Source: Somniosus microcephalus (taxonomy: Eukaryota). Taken from it: 64,000 bases of DNA. Shown piece after piece: positions 1-12,987 of this stretch (positions within the stretch are counted from its first letter, which is position 1; every line of letters begins with the position of its first letter). The stretch spans positions 36,580,001 to 36,644,000 of the forward strand of contig CM126224.1 in the NCBI GenBank assembly GCA_052327205.1, in the 5' to 3' direction. The notes beneath the pieces are model-generated. The model was not told where the DNA came from. It made no database searches and saw nothing but the letters and a program-made list of their open reading frames with translations. The translations under genes were made by a program, and so were the position numbers.

Positions 1-623
1 AGATGGCCAACCCCATGTTGTTGGGAGGAGGCGATGGGGATCGTCTGTGGCGTAGGATGAACGCAGATCAGTTATTTTGAGTGTGTGAGAGAGGAAAAAC
101 TTATATATCTGGATGTACACATTACAGTGACCAGATTTTGTCGGTTAAGATCCGTCCAGCGCTGGCTAATTATTTATAGAAAAAGGGTCAAAATGAAAGG
201 CACGTTACTTGGTATAACGGTGGAGTTGATTTTTTTCCCCTTGGAAAATGTAGTTCGCGGCAGCGCCACTTGGCAGACCAACTTTCATTTCAAATATCCC
301 CAAACTTCAGCACAACCACGCTGAAGAGGCAAACAGAAACCGGGGACACCCCTATCGGCCAGTGTGTAAGAATATCCACCGCTTCAATAAAGACCATCTC
401 CTCTATTCACCTGCACACCCTATGAATGTGGGGAAAAGGGTACAAGTAATATCACCGGGGTTATTGTGGAGTTAAATGTGCTGATGGTGAAGATGTCTGC
501 GTCCTTATTGCCCGAGATTACAGAGAGGTTGTCAAAAAATTGCAAGTTTGGACCAAATTATCTTTTATTTTAAAAAGTACAAGCCATAGCCAGAAACAAA
601 GTCAATATGATTATGAAAGCTCA

Positions 624-643
624 TTTTCCTTAACCATACTTAC
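624..643 (+). promoter_or_regulatory. U12-type (minor spliceosome) branch site and AC 3' splice site
   Basis: TTTTCCTTAAC at 624-634 matches the U12 branch consensus, and the terminal AC is at 642-643. There is no AG or polypyrimidine tract in front of the exon. AT-AC introns at this position are established for Ca-channel alpha-1 genes. Confidence 0.92.
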
Positions 644-749
644 TCCATTTGAATACATGATATTAGCGACCATTATTGCAAACTGCATTGTCTTGGCTCT
701 GGAGCAACACCTTCCCAATGACGATAAAACCCCCATGTCGGAGAGATTG
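644..749 (+). CDS. CACNA1A: Cav2 voltage-gated calcium channel alpha-1 subunit, coding exon 2 equivalent (domain I S1)
   Basis: Translates as (P)[35 protein letters not shown], the Cav2 IS1 segment. The exon is 106 nt, with an AC acceptor at 642-643 and a GTGAGT donor at 750-755. Confidence 0.95.
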
Positions 750-882
750 GTGAGTACCTTCTGCTGGTTACATTTTTCACGACACTGTAATACTAAGCTT
801 GCTGCTAAACATTCTCCATGTTTTAAAAAGCTGCAAGTGTCACTTACATAAACTTTACTTCTGATTCCTTCCTAAATTCAAA

Positions 883-1003
883 GAATTATATAGAATCACA
901 TAGAATTTTGCAGCACAGAAACGGACCATTTGGCCCAACTGGTCCATGCCGGTGTTTATGTTCCACAGGAGCCTCCTCCTATCCCTCTTCATCTAACTCT
1001 CAG
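883..1003 (-). mobile_element. CR1-type LINE 3' tail fragment
   Basis: Reverse-complement match to the CR1 3' UTR at ~25000-25085, with a short (ATTCT)-like terminal repeat. Confidence 0.65.
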
Positions 1004-2111
1004 CAAAACCAACATTTCTTAAAATGTGTCGGCCGTTTTTCTTGCGATTCTAGCTGTTTAAATAAGAAAATGTCCAGTTGTGGTTCTAAAGGGGGAAACA
1101 GACCTTTTCTAAGTTGTACAGTCCTAGAAAATATACAGAATATGAAACCTACATTTTGTATCTGTTTAAGTAACACGAGAAGACTTTGGAACACCAACTA
1201 AAATTTAAAAACACTTTCAGAATAAGATAACAGTTTACATACAACACTAAAAAATATATCTTAAATAAAGCATTGTTATCTTGAGGCACAAAATCATACT
1301 TTATGCTTAATAACAGCAGCAATAGTACAAAATAGTGAAGGGGTTGCTAAAGCAGAACAAGTAACTTCATAATGTAAGTAACGGGTTGAAAAGGTTTTTT
1401 TCTGGGGTGAGCACTGTTATGAAATAATGTTAAATAGTCTCATTATGGAATGTACGAATCAAATGCAAATGATAAATAATAGCAAAATGGTTTCCTTTCA
1501 AACATCAAGAATTAATACCTTTGTGCTGTGTGAAGAATCCTAAACTGGTAGACCTCACATCCTGTATAGTTTTAAAATAAACCCCACTTGTGCTTTTGTT
1601 AATTCACATTGTTATTACTGCATGATTGTCAGCAATATGATGTAGAAAATCATTCCACACAATGGAATCTAACCCTGCCCCCTCCCTCTAGCACATTAAT
1701 CACTCAGACACACAATTGTGCTTTAATTGGGCAATAAAGAATGAGAAGCACTGATTTTGTTTTTGTGGTTCTTGTCATATGGGTGTTGATGTTGATCGAG
1801 GTAAAACTGAATACTGAAAAGGTGAAGGTCAACTACTTCATATAAATGCAAATATTTGATTCAGTTATTGCAAGTATTTTGTGATTTTCATCATGTTAAG
1901 TTCACAGAAAGTAAAGATCTGCACCGGAGACACATTTATCCAAAGGTTTTAGAGTTGTTCTGAGCCAATTCAAATAATCCTTCTGTCCATTAACCATAAT
2001 CTAATTCATTCACAAACTCAAATTGCAAGTGAAGTATTTTTTTTTACACTGGTTAATCAATTTAGAAATTGACCTCTAACACTAGTGATTTGAAGAAAAA
2101 TCCTACGCTCC

Positions 2112-2500
2112 CTAACGACTCGTTTGGTCAAGATGGTGTGTAACTGAACCATTCCATCCAGAAAGTCTCAGATTCGATCCCCAGTCTGTGCTACATTCGT
2201 TAAACTCAATGGTGATGGCAGTGCCACAATTGACTCTGATGTCCTTGGGTTAGAGTGGGGAGGCTCATCCAGGATTCTTGCTCCTGATTGTTCTCTGGTA
2301 ATGCCTGCTGGAAAAAGCACATATATCGACATCAGATGCGAAAATGCTTGGGCTTGGTGCCCCCGCGATCTAATACTCTATACTGTCTAGTGTCAGGCTC
2401 AACCATGAAGAATATACATTTGACCGTGGTACCAAATTGTGGCGCTATATCCCAGCAGGAATCACTGACATCGGGGGAAGAAGAAAAACGAGGAAAACCC
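2112..2500 (+). mobile_element. Old tRNA-headed SINE (family X)
   Basis: Has a B-box-like GATTCGATCC near 2171-2180. The body is similar to copies at 6790, 17390, 27700, 42620, 48800, 52600 and 54290. Boundaries are approximate. Confidence 0.6.
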
Positions 2501-3414
2501 TGGTGTGAAATTAGTTTGCACACTGAATACCAGCTACAAGGATATCAGGATATTTATTTTGTAGCTGCCATCAATGAAGGAGTAAGAACATCAACTTGTT
2601 TAATTGTAAAAGCCTTGACAAATGTTGCCTCAAACAGTACCCATTCTAACTGGTTTATCAAATATTTGAAATTTGGGTTTTGAACTTTGCCTAATTGGAG
2701 TCTATCAACCAAATCTATAGTCCCTCTACAGATGTGAATGGACTCGCCTCTATATACTGTAGTTTAATCAGAGCACAGCAAATGGCTTATTGATTACTTT
2801 TTCATAGCAAAGGTACAGCAAGTCCTGTGAGATTATAGTCAGGTAAATTAAGTAGAATTTGGCTTTCTTCAATGAAAAATATCATACTGATTTTGTTCAA
2901 TCCAACTTGAGTTTAAAATAGTCATTTTAACTTTAAAAGAGCTTCCACAAACTTTTGCACAGCTGAAATTACTCATTTATTAGCTATTGTAAACAACACT
3001 TCAATGCAAAAGCATACGTAACAATTTTCATGTGATATTTGGCATTACTAAACAAATTAAAAAATTACTATTCATACATATTTCATATCACAAAATGGCA
3101 TTGTGTACTTCATACATTCCTGCTAGTTCACAGATTACAATAATAAAATTCATTAGTGAAGTCATAATGCTAAACTTAGTTTATGGATTTGGTATTCCTG
3201 GATGGTGTGGTGATTGAAGAGGTATTTCCTTCAGTTTTTAATTTTTTTTTGAGTAGTTACTTGCTAGTGAAGGACAGTGGTCCCTCTCATCTCTCCCGAT
3301 TAGGATCTGCCTCAGTCCTGTACTTCTGGCAAAAGGAAAACGGTTGGCTTGCTTCCATAGTTTTGAAAAACAGGCAATAACCAGTCACCGGGAGCCAATT
3401 TGTAGCGACCCAGC

Positions 3415-3903
3415 AAAGAACATAACATAAGAAATAGGCGCAGGAATAGGCCACTTGGCCCCTCGAGCCTGCTCCGCCATTCAATAAGATCATGGCTGAT
3501 CTTGGGCTCAAAGCCACTTCCCCGCCTGCTCCCCATAACCCCTCACTCCCTTATCTTGCAAAAATGTGTCTATCTTCACCTTGAATGTATTTAATGACCC
3601 AGCCTCCACAGCTTTCTGGGGCAGAGAATTCCCCAGATTTATGACCCTCTGAGAGAAGAAAATCCTCTTCATCTCAGTTCTAAAAGGGCGACCCTTTATT
3701 CTAAAACTGTGCCCCCCCCCATTCTCGATTTCCCCACGAGGGGAAACATCCTCTCTGCATCTACCCTGTCGAGCCCCCTCAGTATCTTCTATGTTTCAAT
3801 AAGATCACCTCTCATTCTTCTAAATTCCAATGAGTATAGGCCCAGCCTGCTCAACCTTTCCTCATAAATCAACCCCCTCATCTCTGGAATTAGCCTCGTG
3901 AAT
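3415..3903 (-). mobile_element. CR1 LINE, 5'-truncated
   Basis: Reverse complement of the ORF2 C-terminus and 3' UTR seen at ~37460-37944, with a terminal (TTATG/TTCT) repeat. Confidence 0.9.
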
Positions 3904-4561
3904 CAACCCCATCCAACTCTGTCCTGGCAATGTTTCACTCCGTGGCTTGAAACAGGAGCTGAGTTGAATAGAGGACGCTGTGTGCCTTCACCCCCACACC
4001 CTTATGGCACTGCGCATTACTGGCATCACTTTTGTACCACTCCGGTTCCTTCATGTTTTTATCAATGCAATGGTGTATTGAATAGCAAAACACTCAAGCT
4101 GGAGCATTTTATTGTTTGAAAAATTCTAACTGTGTGCTTCTTAAGAGATTTCAGTCAACTGCACAGCAAAAATCTATAATATCCTGTGGTACATTTTACA
4201 TATAGTACTTGGCAGTGTTATGCCACTTGTGCTGAAAGTCTACATCCTGGAAAACCAGTATAGTATTTTTCAATGAATAGGATCTGTGAAGGACCCTGAA
4301 TAAACAGCTGCATTTCACTTTATAAAAAAAAAAGAATTCATTGCAGCAGCACACCAACTCATGAGTAATTCATGATTTTACAATTTTCTTGTATGCAGAC
4401 CAGAAGTAACATGGTGGTTCAAACCTCGTCAGTGAGAACGGTAACAGTCTAGGTAATCTCCTGTTGCCACAAAAAGTGATGCTGCTGATGTATACTTCTC
4501 CTTGAAACAAATATAGTGATAGTGACTTTTTTAAGCACCTGACAACCTATTTATAATTAAA

Positions 4562-5333
4562 CTATCTGAGGCTGAGCCAGACCGTTCGCAGCCTTGGCAT
4601 CATATTTGACCCTGAAATGAGCTTTCGACCACATAGCCGTAGCATAACTAAGACTGCCTGTTTCCACCTCCGTAACATTGCCCGTCTCCGCCCCTGCCTC
4701 AGCTCATCTGCTGCTGAAACCTTCATCCATGCCTTTGTTATTTCTAAAGTTGACTATTCCAATGCACTCCTGGCTGGCCTCCCACATTCTACCCTACGTA
4801 TACTTGAGGTGATCCAAAACTCAGCTGCCTTTGTCCTAAATCACACCAAGTCCCGTTCACCCATCACCCATTGTGCTCGCTGACCTACATTGGCTCCCGG
4901 TTAAGCAATGCCTTGATGTCAAAATTCCCATCCTTGTTTTCAAATCCCTTCATGGCTTCATCCCTCCCTAGCTCTGTAATCTCCTTCAGCCCCACAACCT
5001 CCACCCGCCCACCCCTGAGATATCTGCACTCCCCTAATTCTGCCCTCTTGAGCATCCCTGATTTATAATCGCTCAACCATCGGTGGTCATGCCTTCAGCT
5101 GCCTCAGCCCTAAGCACTGGAATTCCCTCCCTAAACTTCTCTGCCTCGCTACCTCACTTTCCTCCTTTAAGACGCTCCTTAAAACCTACCTCTTTGACCA
5201 AGCTTTTGGTCACCTGCCCTAATTTCTTATGTGGCTTGGTGTCAATTTTTTTGTCTTATAGCACTCCTGTGAAGTGCCTTGGGATGTTTTACTATGTTAA
5301 AGGTGCTATATAAATACAAGTTGTTGCTGTTGG
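4562..5333 (+). mobile_element. L2-clade LINE, 5'-truncated
   Basis: ORF 4617-4883 (FHLRNIARLRPCLS..AETFIHAFVISKVDYSNALLAGLP) is the L2 ORF2 C-terminus. It ends in AAGGTGCTATATAAATACAAG plus a (TTG)n tail. Confidence 0.88.
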
Positions 5334-5337
5334 AACA

Positions 5338-5512
5338 AAAGCAAAATATTGCGGAACACTGGAAATCTGAAATAAAAACAGAAAATGCTGGAAATACTCG
5401 AGCAAGTCAGGTTATTTTCATCGGCTCATCGACCGGAAACGTTAACTCTGTTTCTCTCTCCACAGATGTTGCCTGACCTGCTGAGTATTTTTAGCATTTT
5501 TTGTTTTAATTT
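5338..5512. mobile_element. Collapsed Penelope-type fold-back element, same family as 62563-63083
   Basis: Inverted arms at ~5375-5411 and ~5472-5507. Segment 5341-5374 resembles the reverse complement of 63038-63070. It retains the hammerhead 3' half GACC-GGAAACGTTAACT. Confidence 0.7.
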
Positions 5513-6789
5513 ATAATGAAAGATCCCTTTTAAAGCTGCAATACCCCACAATTCTTTCATATATTTTCAGCCCAGGCGGTGAAACTCTTTCATTCAACAT
5601 ATACTACGCTTGAAGTGTGACTTTTCTTTTTAGACATATCTGTCTTCAATCTGAAATATTCTTGTAGCCTAGTTCAAGCTCCTTAAGGGAAATTAGTTAA
5701 TCCTGCTAAAAGTAGTTCCTGACCTGTTTCCTGCTAATCCCAATACATGAAACTAAGAATGAAAGGTCACGATTAAAATGAAGTTGTAAACAAAAATGAT
5801 GCCTTCACTGATCTGTTGCATTAAGGGTACATTCCCACTGCAAGTTTAGCTCCGTGCAAATCAGTTTTGGCTTTGGACTGCTGCCAAACTTGTGTAGTGT
5901 AAATCTGGTGTTAAAGCCTGACTTGGCTCCAGAGGGAAGCAAAGTGAGACTTGCTTCTCGGGGAGCCTCACTCTGCTTTTCTCTGGTGGCAGGTCTGGTC
6001 CTGACTCTGGATTCAGGTTGCATTTGCCCAGTAACTGCAGCGGCGGTGCCAAGACACACTGATTGTATTGTAAATGAACTTTTACACTACTAAAATGTAA
6101 AAAGTTGTAGCCATTACAGTTTTTAAGTACTTCCTGGTGGTGGCCTTCGTTGGTGTAATAGATTGGTGTGAGGTAGTGTTAGCATACACATTAACGCCTG
6201 ATATTTCCCCACCAAATGTGTTTCTGTTTTTGGGTGGACCATTGAGGAGGGTGAAAGCATAGGTCGGGTGTATCCCTACAAGGCAAGTGGTAAAATTGGA
6301 GGACTAGTCACCTGGGTCACTCTTATGCACCACATAACAACCGACTCGAGGAAGGCATTGTCAAAGAGCTAGGATCAGATTGTCTTGCCAGCTTCTCTGC
6401 TAGGGAATGATGTGTGACATTGGAGGATCAATAGGAGAAGAAAAGTGAATTTAAAAACCATGATGGGGGAAATTGAGGAAATGCTGGTGGAAACACGTCA
6501 CTATTGTGGGAAATGAGCCTGATTTTCAGTGTTGTTTATCAATAAATTGTATTTTTTTGGAATCATAATTTCCTTCACATTTCTAATTTCAGTTCAAAAA
6601 TGCCCATTAACTCTTAGATGGACTTGTTTAGCAAAGTCTCCATGATGCTTCAAGTACAGTATCCACTTGGAACGCTCTTAGTTAATTGTATATTGAGAAA
6701 AATTGTATAATTAAAAACCCATATAACACGAGTCCAATTAGAATGATGTGCTGAATGCTAATATATGGTGCTGGGTGGAAAGGTCTCCA

Positions 6790-7180
6790 AATGTTTGGGT
6801 TCTCTTGTCTCTTTCCCTTTCTCCTCCCCAATTTTCACCCCTCCTGCCCTGAAGACACCAATCCTTGCTGTGGTATAGCTGCCTTGGCTTAGTTGCAATC
6901 CTTCATACATGAGCCAAAGAATGTCTTGGCAGGGTATTTCATCATGGGATAGTAACACAGCTAAGGCTGATCCTTCAGCCAACATCCACACACGGGCACT
7001 TTCTAGCAGGAGCCACTGGATAGTCATCAGAAGCTCGAACCTTGGCTGTTTTTTCTCCTTGGCCAAGAGACACTACAGGCAATCGTGACACTCGTATTGC
7101 TAGCCCAACTAAGATCAGCTATTTCAACGTAGACTGACCATTGAATCTGATACTTTCTGATCGGTATGGCTCAGAGAGCC
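6790..7180 (-). mobile_element. Old tRNA-headed SINE (family X)
   Basis: Similar in reverse complement to 2112-2500 and 54290-54545. Confidence 0.6.
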
Positions 7181-7588
7181 AAATCTTTCGTAAGACTTGG
7201 GTTGTATTAATTTTGAGAGTCCACACAGCGAAGCAGGCATTGTTTCTTCTGTGATTTTTGTTAAGTCTGACCTATTTGTCGCACAGTGCTGGTTTATGTC
7301 ATTGTCACCTGACATGTCTGTTTCATACAGGATGGTGAAGAATATTGTTGTTTAATGGTGACCATTTTTTAATGTTTAATCTGAGCTCTCTGTCTCCTGC
7401 ATTTCACCTCTCCAGCAAAACCAGTCAGAGCTGATAATTAGGTGATGTAACAGTATTCTAAAAAATGATTTGACCATTTTCAGATGCAACATTAAAAAGA
7501 AAAATCGCTCAGTGAAAATGACCAAATCTATTTTTAACTGTTGAGCAAATAACTTGAACGATTTGACATTTTTTTTGTCATCAGATAA

Positions 7589-7765
<177 letters not shown>

Positions 7766-8827
7766 TAAGTAGCTGAAAATCCCACACTACCAGTGTCATT
7801 GTTTTACCTTAGAAGATTCCATATGTTTTATAGGTGAAAGGTTGAAATATAAGGCATTTTGAAATCACAAAGTTCAGTATTATTCTAGGGGCTTTGTTGT
7901 GTTCAGTACAATTGAACATTCATTATCTTCATGCCTATTATTCACCATCCCAATTATCAGCCAGAATGTACTGTACTCGGTATCAAACCTTGCAGTAAGG
8001 CCTTTTATTGCACAGGTACTTTCATTTGTATTTAATCTCCTTTTCTTGATGAATAAAACTAGTAATATTTAATTGTATGTATCTTACTTGTCTTCACTCC
8101 TGTGCTTAAAGCAATGCTGTATCATACATACAACACCAAGATTTGGACACTCGATTATCCGCCAGTTTCTATTATCTACCATAGGATCCCCTTCAAATTA
8201 ATGGATGATGATGGAGGATCTACTGTATACTTATCCACAGGTGGCTAATACACCATATTATTCTTATGGCGCACTGGCAAAAGTGAGCTTGTGTGGAAAT
8301 CACTAAGATCCTCTGAACCTGCTCTCAAAGTTACTTCAGGAGAATTAGAAAACATTCAGTCCTGCACTGTTTGATCTACGTGTGTACTACTTTGGGTATA
8401 AAATGGCACTCCTATTTAATGCTTAGTTAGCAGTTGTTCATCTATGTTTTCTTGCACTGAAGTGATCATAAAAATCAAAGAATCATACAGAAAAGCTTTG
8501 TTTAACTTGATGTGGTGATTTATGTGGTGATGGAAAAGAAGAGAGGCAATTTTTGCCTCTGTTGGCTTGCGATAAGGGTGTAGATTGTTTGCCATGGTGT
8601 AATCTAGCACTAAAATGTTGCCAGAATATAACTTAAGTTTGAAACAAAACCGAGAATGCAGTAAGTACACGCCACCTGTGTAGCATGGGAATTTGTTTAG
8701 GGCCCTTCAGAACTGAAAAATGAGGGATCAAAGAGCAGATTAGAAGGATCAGAAAAAATAATTAAGAGGGAACAAGATATCCCAACCACAGAAAATGATT
8801 TAATTTAATTTAAGTTTCAGATACTGT

Positions 8828-9501
8828 GGCCTAGAAATTAGGTTTGCCTCCGCCAGGGCTTTTGCGCCCGAAATTTTGCGCCAGCGATAATTGCCGCTGC
8901 GCCCGCCAAAAATTCAGCTGCCCCGCGCCCAGACGGCTGCGGGCGCTAATGGAGGGTTTCAGCGCCTCGCTATGGGCGCTGAATGCAGGTTTGCGGCGCT
9001 AATCCCCCGCTGCGGCACCCGATGCGGTGCGGCAGGCTGGGGTACTGCAGGCCTCCTCCTTCTGTTAAGGAGGAGCTGCCTGCAGCCGACCGCTGACCGG
9101 TCGATTCGCCCGACAAATGAGCCCGGCACCTCGGAGAAGTGCCGGGCTCGCGGGCCACACACATCAGTGCCGCGGGGGGGTGGTGGAGTCCGGGGAGGGA
9201 GGTGCGGGCAGGCGGCCGCCGGGAAAGCGGCCGGCCGCCGCTCCACCTTAATGCGCCGGCGCTACGTGCTGCAACATCCCGTTGAACAATCGTTGGTTGC
9301 GGCTGCCACGGGCGAGGCGGCCGCAACTGAATTTGGGCGTCCGGCCGCGTTACCACGGCAACGGGGACGCTGCGCACACCGATGACGTCATCGGTGCCGG
9401 CGCAGCGCTACCGGCTAACGCCGATGGTAGGGCCCAACGCAATTTCGATCGCGGCTATAATTCCGGCGCAAGGCCCTCTAACCCCACCGAATTTCTCGGC
9501 C
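8828..9501. mobile_element. Non-autonomous PIF/Harbinger-like DNA transposon, GC/CpG-rich
   Basis: Terminal inverted repeats (TIRs) GGCCTAGAAATTAGGT and ACCGAATTTCTCGGCC, with a 3-bp TSD TGT at 8825-8827 and 9502-9504. Confidence 0.85.
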
Positions 9502-12044
9502 TGTATTCAGTAACCAGTTGTACATTCACCATGTGTTTCCAATTCATTTAGTTTATAGTTTACTGTTCCCCAAGTTGAGGACCATTGTGCAGTGTGTTTT
9601 AACAGCAGTGAATATTTTTGAAACATTTAAAGGTCTACTTGGTTGCAAGTAAATGTAATCCTCAAAAGCTGATGAGACAAAAAGTATATTAAAGTTAGTG
9701 TATTAAAAAATAAATATGGGAGGAAAAGCATGATTTTTGAAGATCCTTATTGAACTGACATTAATGAATATCCCCTATGTGAATACCAGGCTGTCACTGT
9801 TCCAAACATTGTTAACTAATACCATGCAAGTTCGCTTCAAGTAATCGGTAACTAAAATTTATTATTTCAGATACTGTCGTAAATGGAACAGTTAGGACTG
9901 ACTTATTATGGGAGTTACACTTTTCAGACTTCATAGTTCTGGCTGTGGTTGAGTGGGAATGTCCCAGTAAATGCTTGGTTCACTAGGTTATCTGCATCCA
10001 CACCTAAAGGAACTGTTCAAAGTGGCACGATGTCCATTTGAGTACATTTTTAATATGTTGCTTTATGTTGTACATAAAGGGTACACGGTTAAAAATCTGG
10101 CTGGACATGGTATTACCTATTGGGTTTTGAGTAGAGTGTGCGGTCATAGATGGCCTGAGTTTTACCTCTGAAACAAGGTTCAGATATTGGCACAGATTTA
10201 TGTTTACTAACAGTGGTTATACATAATGTGGAGATTGGTTAACTAGCTTTTTTTTTGCTCATGATGATGTACATTAGACAAACATTTGAAAAATAAATGT
10301 CGTTATTAGGTCGAGTCATTGCTCAGAAGCGCGAGTGATTGGTAATTTGGACTGCTGTTGATTTTCTCACTGCCTTGACAACCTGCCGCCTCAGTCTACA
10401 ATTCACTTGAAAATGGCCAGCTGTGACCAAATGCTTGTGCGGCGTTTAGTCCACATTCTATTTAACGAATCAGACTGAACATTTGATTGCTTTTACAAGT
10501 CTCATTCCGTACAATAAACGGATCTTGCTTGTAATCTTAAAATGGGCTGGTTCTGTGTGAGACATGGTTCCATTAAATGTGTTTTTTTAATTAAAAAAAA
10601 AAAAAGTTTTCTAATCCACGAGGTCGGTATAGAATGCAAAGGATCTGTCTGGGGAATTTCTAGAAAATTGTTTTTTTTTACATGTTTATCTTGGCTGTTC
10701 CTCTCAGATTTTAAGCAAGGATTTTTTCTAAAGTAAAAGATAAATGTATTTTTGCTTTGATTTGTATTAAAACACTAAAATGATGTGTGATGCCCTGCAG
10801 TGAACATTAAATAAGCACACACTCTGCACTCTGCAAATGTGTTAATGGGGAATAAAGAAACCCTGAGCAACTGATGCATGATGCAGTTCTGACAGACACC
10901 TTGTTCAGATCAGGTGAATCTATTGAACTGTTCCTTCCTCCTACCCCAAACCCACTGTTGACAGAAGACCGTAGTTCTGATTCGTTTTAGTGTACTGATT
11001 GATCAAACAAATTTTTCTATGTAAGCGATCAAAGCTCCGCTACTGGAAAATAAAAAAGTGTTTATCATGGAGGCAGGTGTCCAATTAGCTGTGTGAAATA
11101 CATTTATCCAATCAGACACTAGCTAGCTTGACAGAATCTTTCAGGAGTGACTATGTATTCTGGCTACTGGTGACAGACACACAATCTATCTAGATCCGGT
11201 ATGAGAATGTGCTAATTGGGAAAGTAAATTTAGCATTTTAGGCCCTAGATAAAGATCGATATCTCATTGAATGACTGTAGAAAATCTAATAGACCCAGGC
11301 TAAAGGGCTTGGTTTATTGCTGAAGGAAATATCCCTCCACATCCAATAGCTTCATATTCTGTTTTGAACTGTTCATTTTTAATTCACCCCAATTACAAGA
11401 ACAAAGATTTCTGTTGTAATTGTGTCAATTTGTTATGAATCATAAGCTGCTTGTATCTTTGTGTTTGTTTTAACTTATCATTTAGCAAAGACAGCTGCAG
11501 CCTCTGAAACTGTAATCTGGAAATAGAATATAGGAAAAGCTCCCCTCCTTCTTCCCCATTCTGAGACTCGCTATATAACTTAAAACATCACCGTGCACTC
11601 TTTAGATCCTTTTTGAAACGTGTAGGCCTGCACTCCATCATTCTGTGTAACTCTGCGCTTGCAAACAAACTCTTTTGACACCAATCTGTTCCTTCAGTAC
11701 CTGGAAGATTTTTTTTTGCCAGATTACCACTTCCTATTATTGAAACCCTACTTTTGTTGGCATCATTTTATCTGAGATGATTTTACAATTCGCTCTCCTG
11801 TTTCCCATTGTCACTGAATTTGAAAAGGCTCAATCATCGCAAAGCACCTGACTTCAAATTGACCAGGGTTTTGCTGTTGAAATCCCAGTCTCAATTACAC
11901 CTGTTGGGGGGGTGTGGGGGGAAATGGAAAAACCTTTTGACTCCCCAGTCTTCTTCGCCCTTAATGGAGACCGGTTGATTTGAATCAAGGACCCAGGGCA
12001 GCAAGGACAAGTATGACATTGAGTTTTCCGTAACTTTCTTATTA

Positions 12045-12381
12045 CAGGAAACTTTGTGATATCCGGCACCGACGGGACCGAGCTGTTGCCGTCCCATCAA
12101 AACTGCCGGACAAACCAGCGCTAATGTTGAAACATACGGAGATTTTGAGCTCCGTATCTGGCAACAAACCCTGTTGCTTAGCAACAGCTTCTAAACAGTC
12201 GGCCGTACCTTGCAAGCGTCTCTGTAGCTTAGAAACAGCTTCAAGCGAGACCTTACAGAGCCTGACTGGTGGAAAAAAAAAAGCAACGAAAAGAAAAAAA
12301 ACCTAACGAAACGGATCCTGATTTTTGCCGGTGGCTCGAGCATTCCGGACAGTTAACCTCCGGATAAACCAAAGTTTCCTG
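12045..12381. mobile_element. Tc1/mariner (Tigger/pogo-like) MITE, copy 1
   Basis: TIRs CAGGAAACTTT and AAAGTTTCCTG, each flanked by TA. Three related copies are present in the window. Confidence 0.88.
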
Positions 12382-12987
12382 TACTAAGATTTTGTTTATT
12401 TGGTGTCTTTATCCCAAGCTCCAAAAAAAAAACTTTGTTCCATCTTGTGCTCGATAAACAAAACTCCCATTATTTCAGAAAGCTCTCCATTTCCTGTCTT
12501 TCAGATCTGTATTTTAAATATGCGGTTAGGGAGCCAGGCAGTGTGACGGTACAATGCATTAGACTGTCATTAATTGATAGGATGTGGGTTCTCATCCATA
12601 AATCTGCTGTCACTGAATCCTATATTTTGGTCAGGCCAGCAGAAGAGGTGCGATGTACGAGTTCAATGATAAGCTACTGGGAAGGAAGCAAATTCTGCAG
12701 GCAAAGCCCCCTAGGGTTGTTTTCCACTTTTTACAAGAGTCATTGTGTATGTTAGAAGAGGCCTTTAAAGCCTCCATCTTAATACTCTGAGACTCAGAAT
12801 GCTGCACAATATTGGGAGCTAAAAAAAATTATTAGAAAATGGGGAACTAAGTGCATCATTTTAAAGCTACTAGACATATTTGATGACTAAAAACATCTGT
12901 ATTAAAAGGACATTTTCATTTTTGTAATTCATATTTATATCTCTTCCATTCAAATATGGTTTTAGTTGCTTTGTGTCTGTTTAATTT

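Noticed and set aside
540-851. 103-aa ORF as a standalone gene
   Set aside because: Only 644-749 matches the channel. The rest is intronic read-through on either side of clear splice signals.
8891-9551. Several overlapping long ORFs (95-164 aa)
   Set aside because: These are a by-product of high GC content inside a TIR/TSD-bounded MITE and have no recognisable domain. The same applies to 20466-21002.
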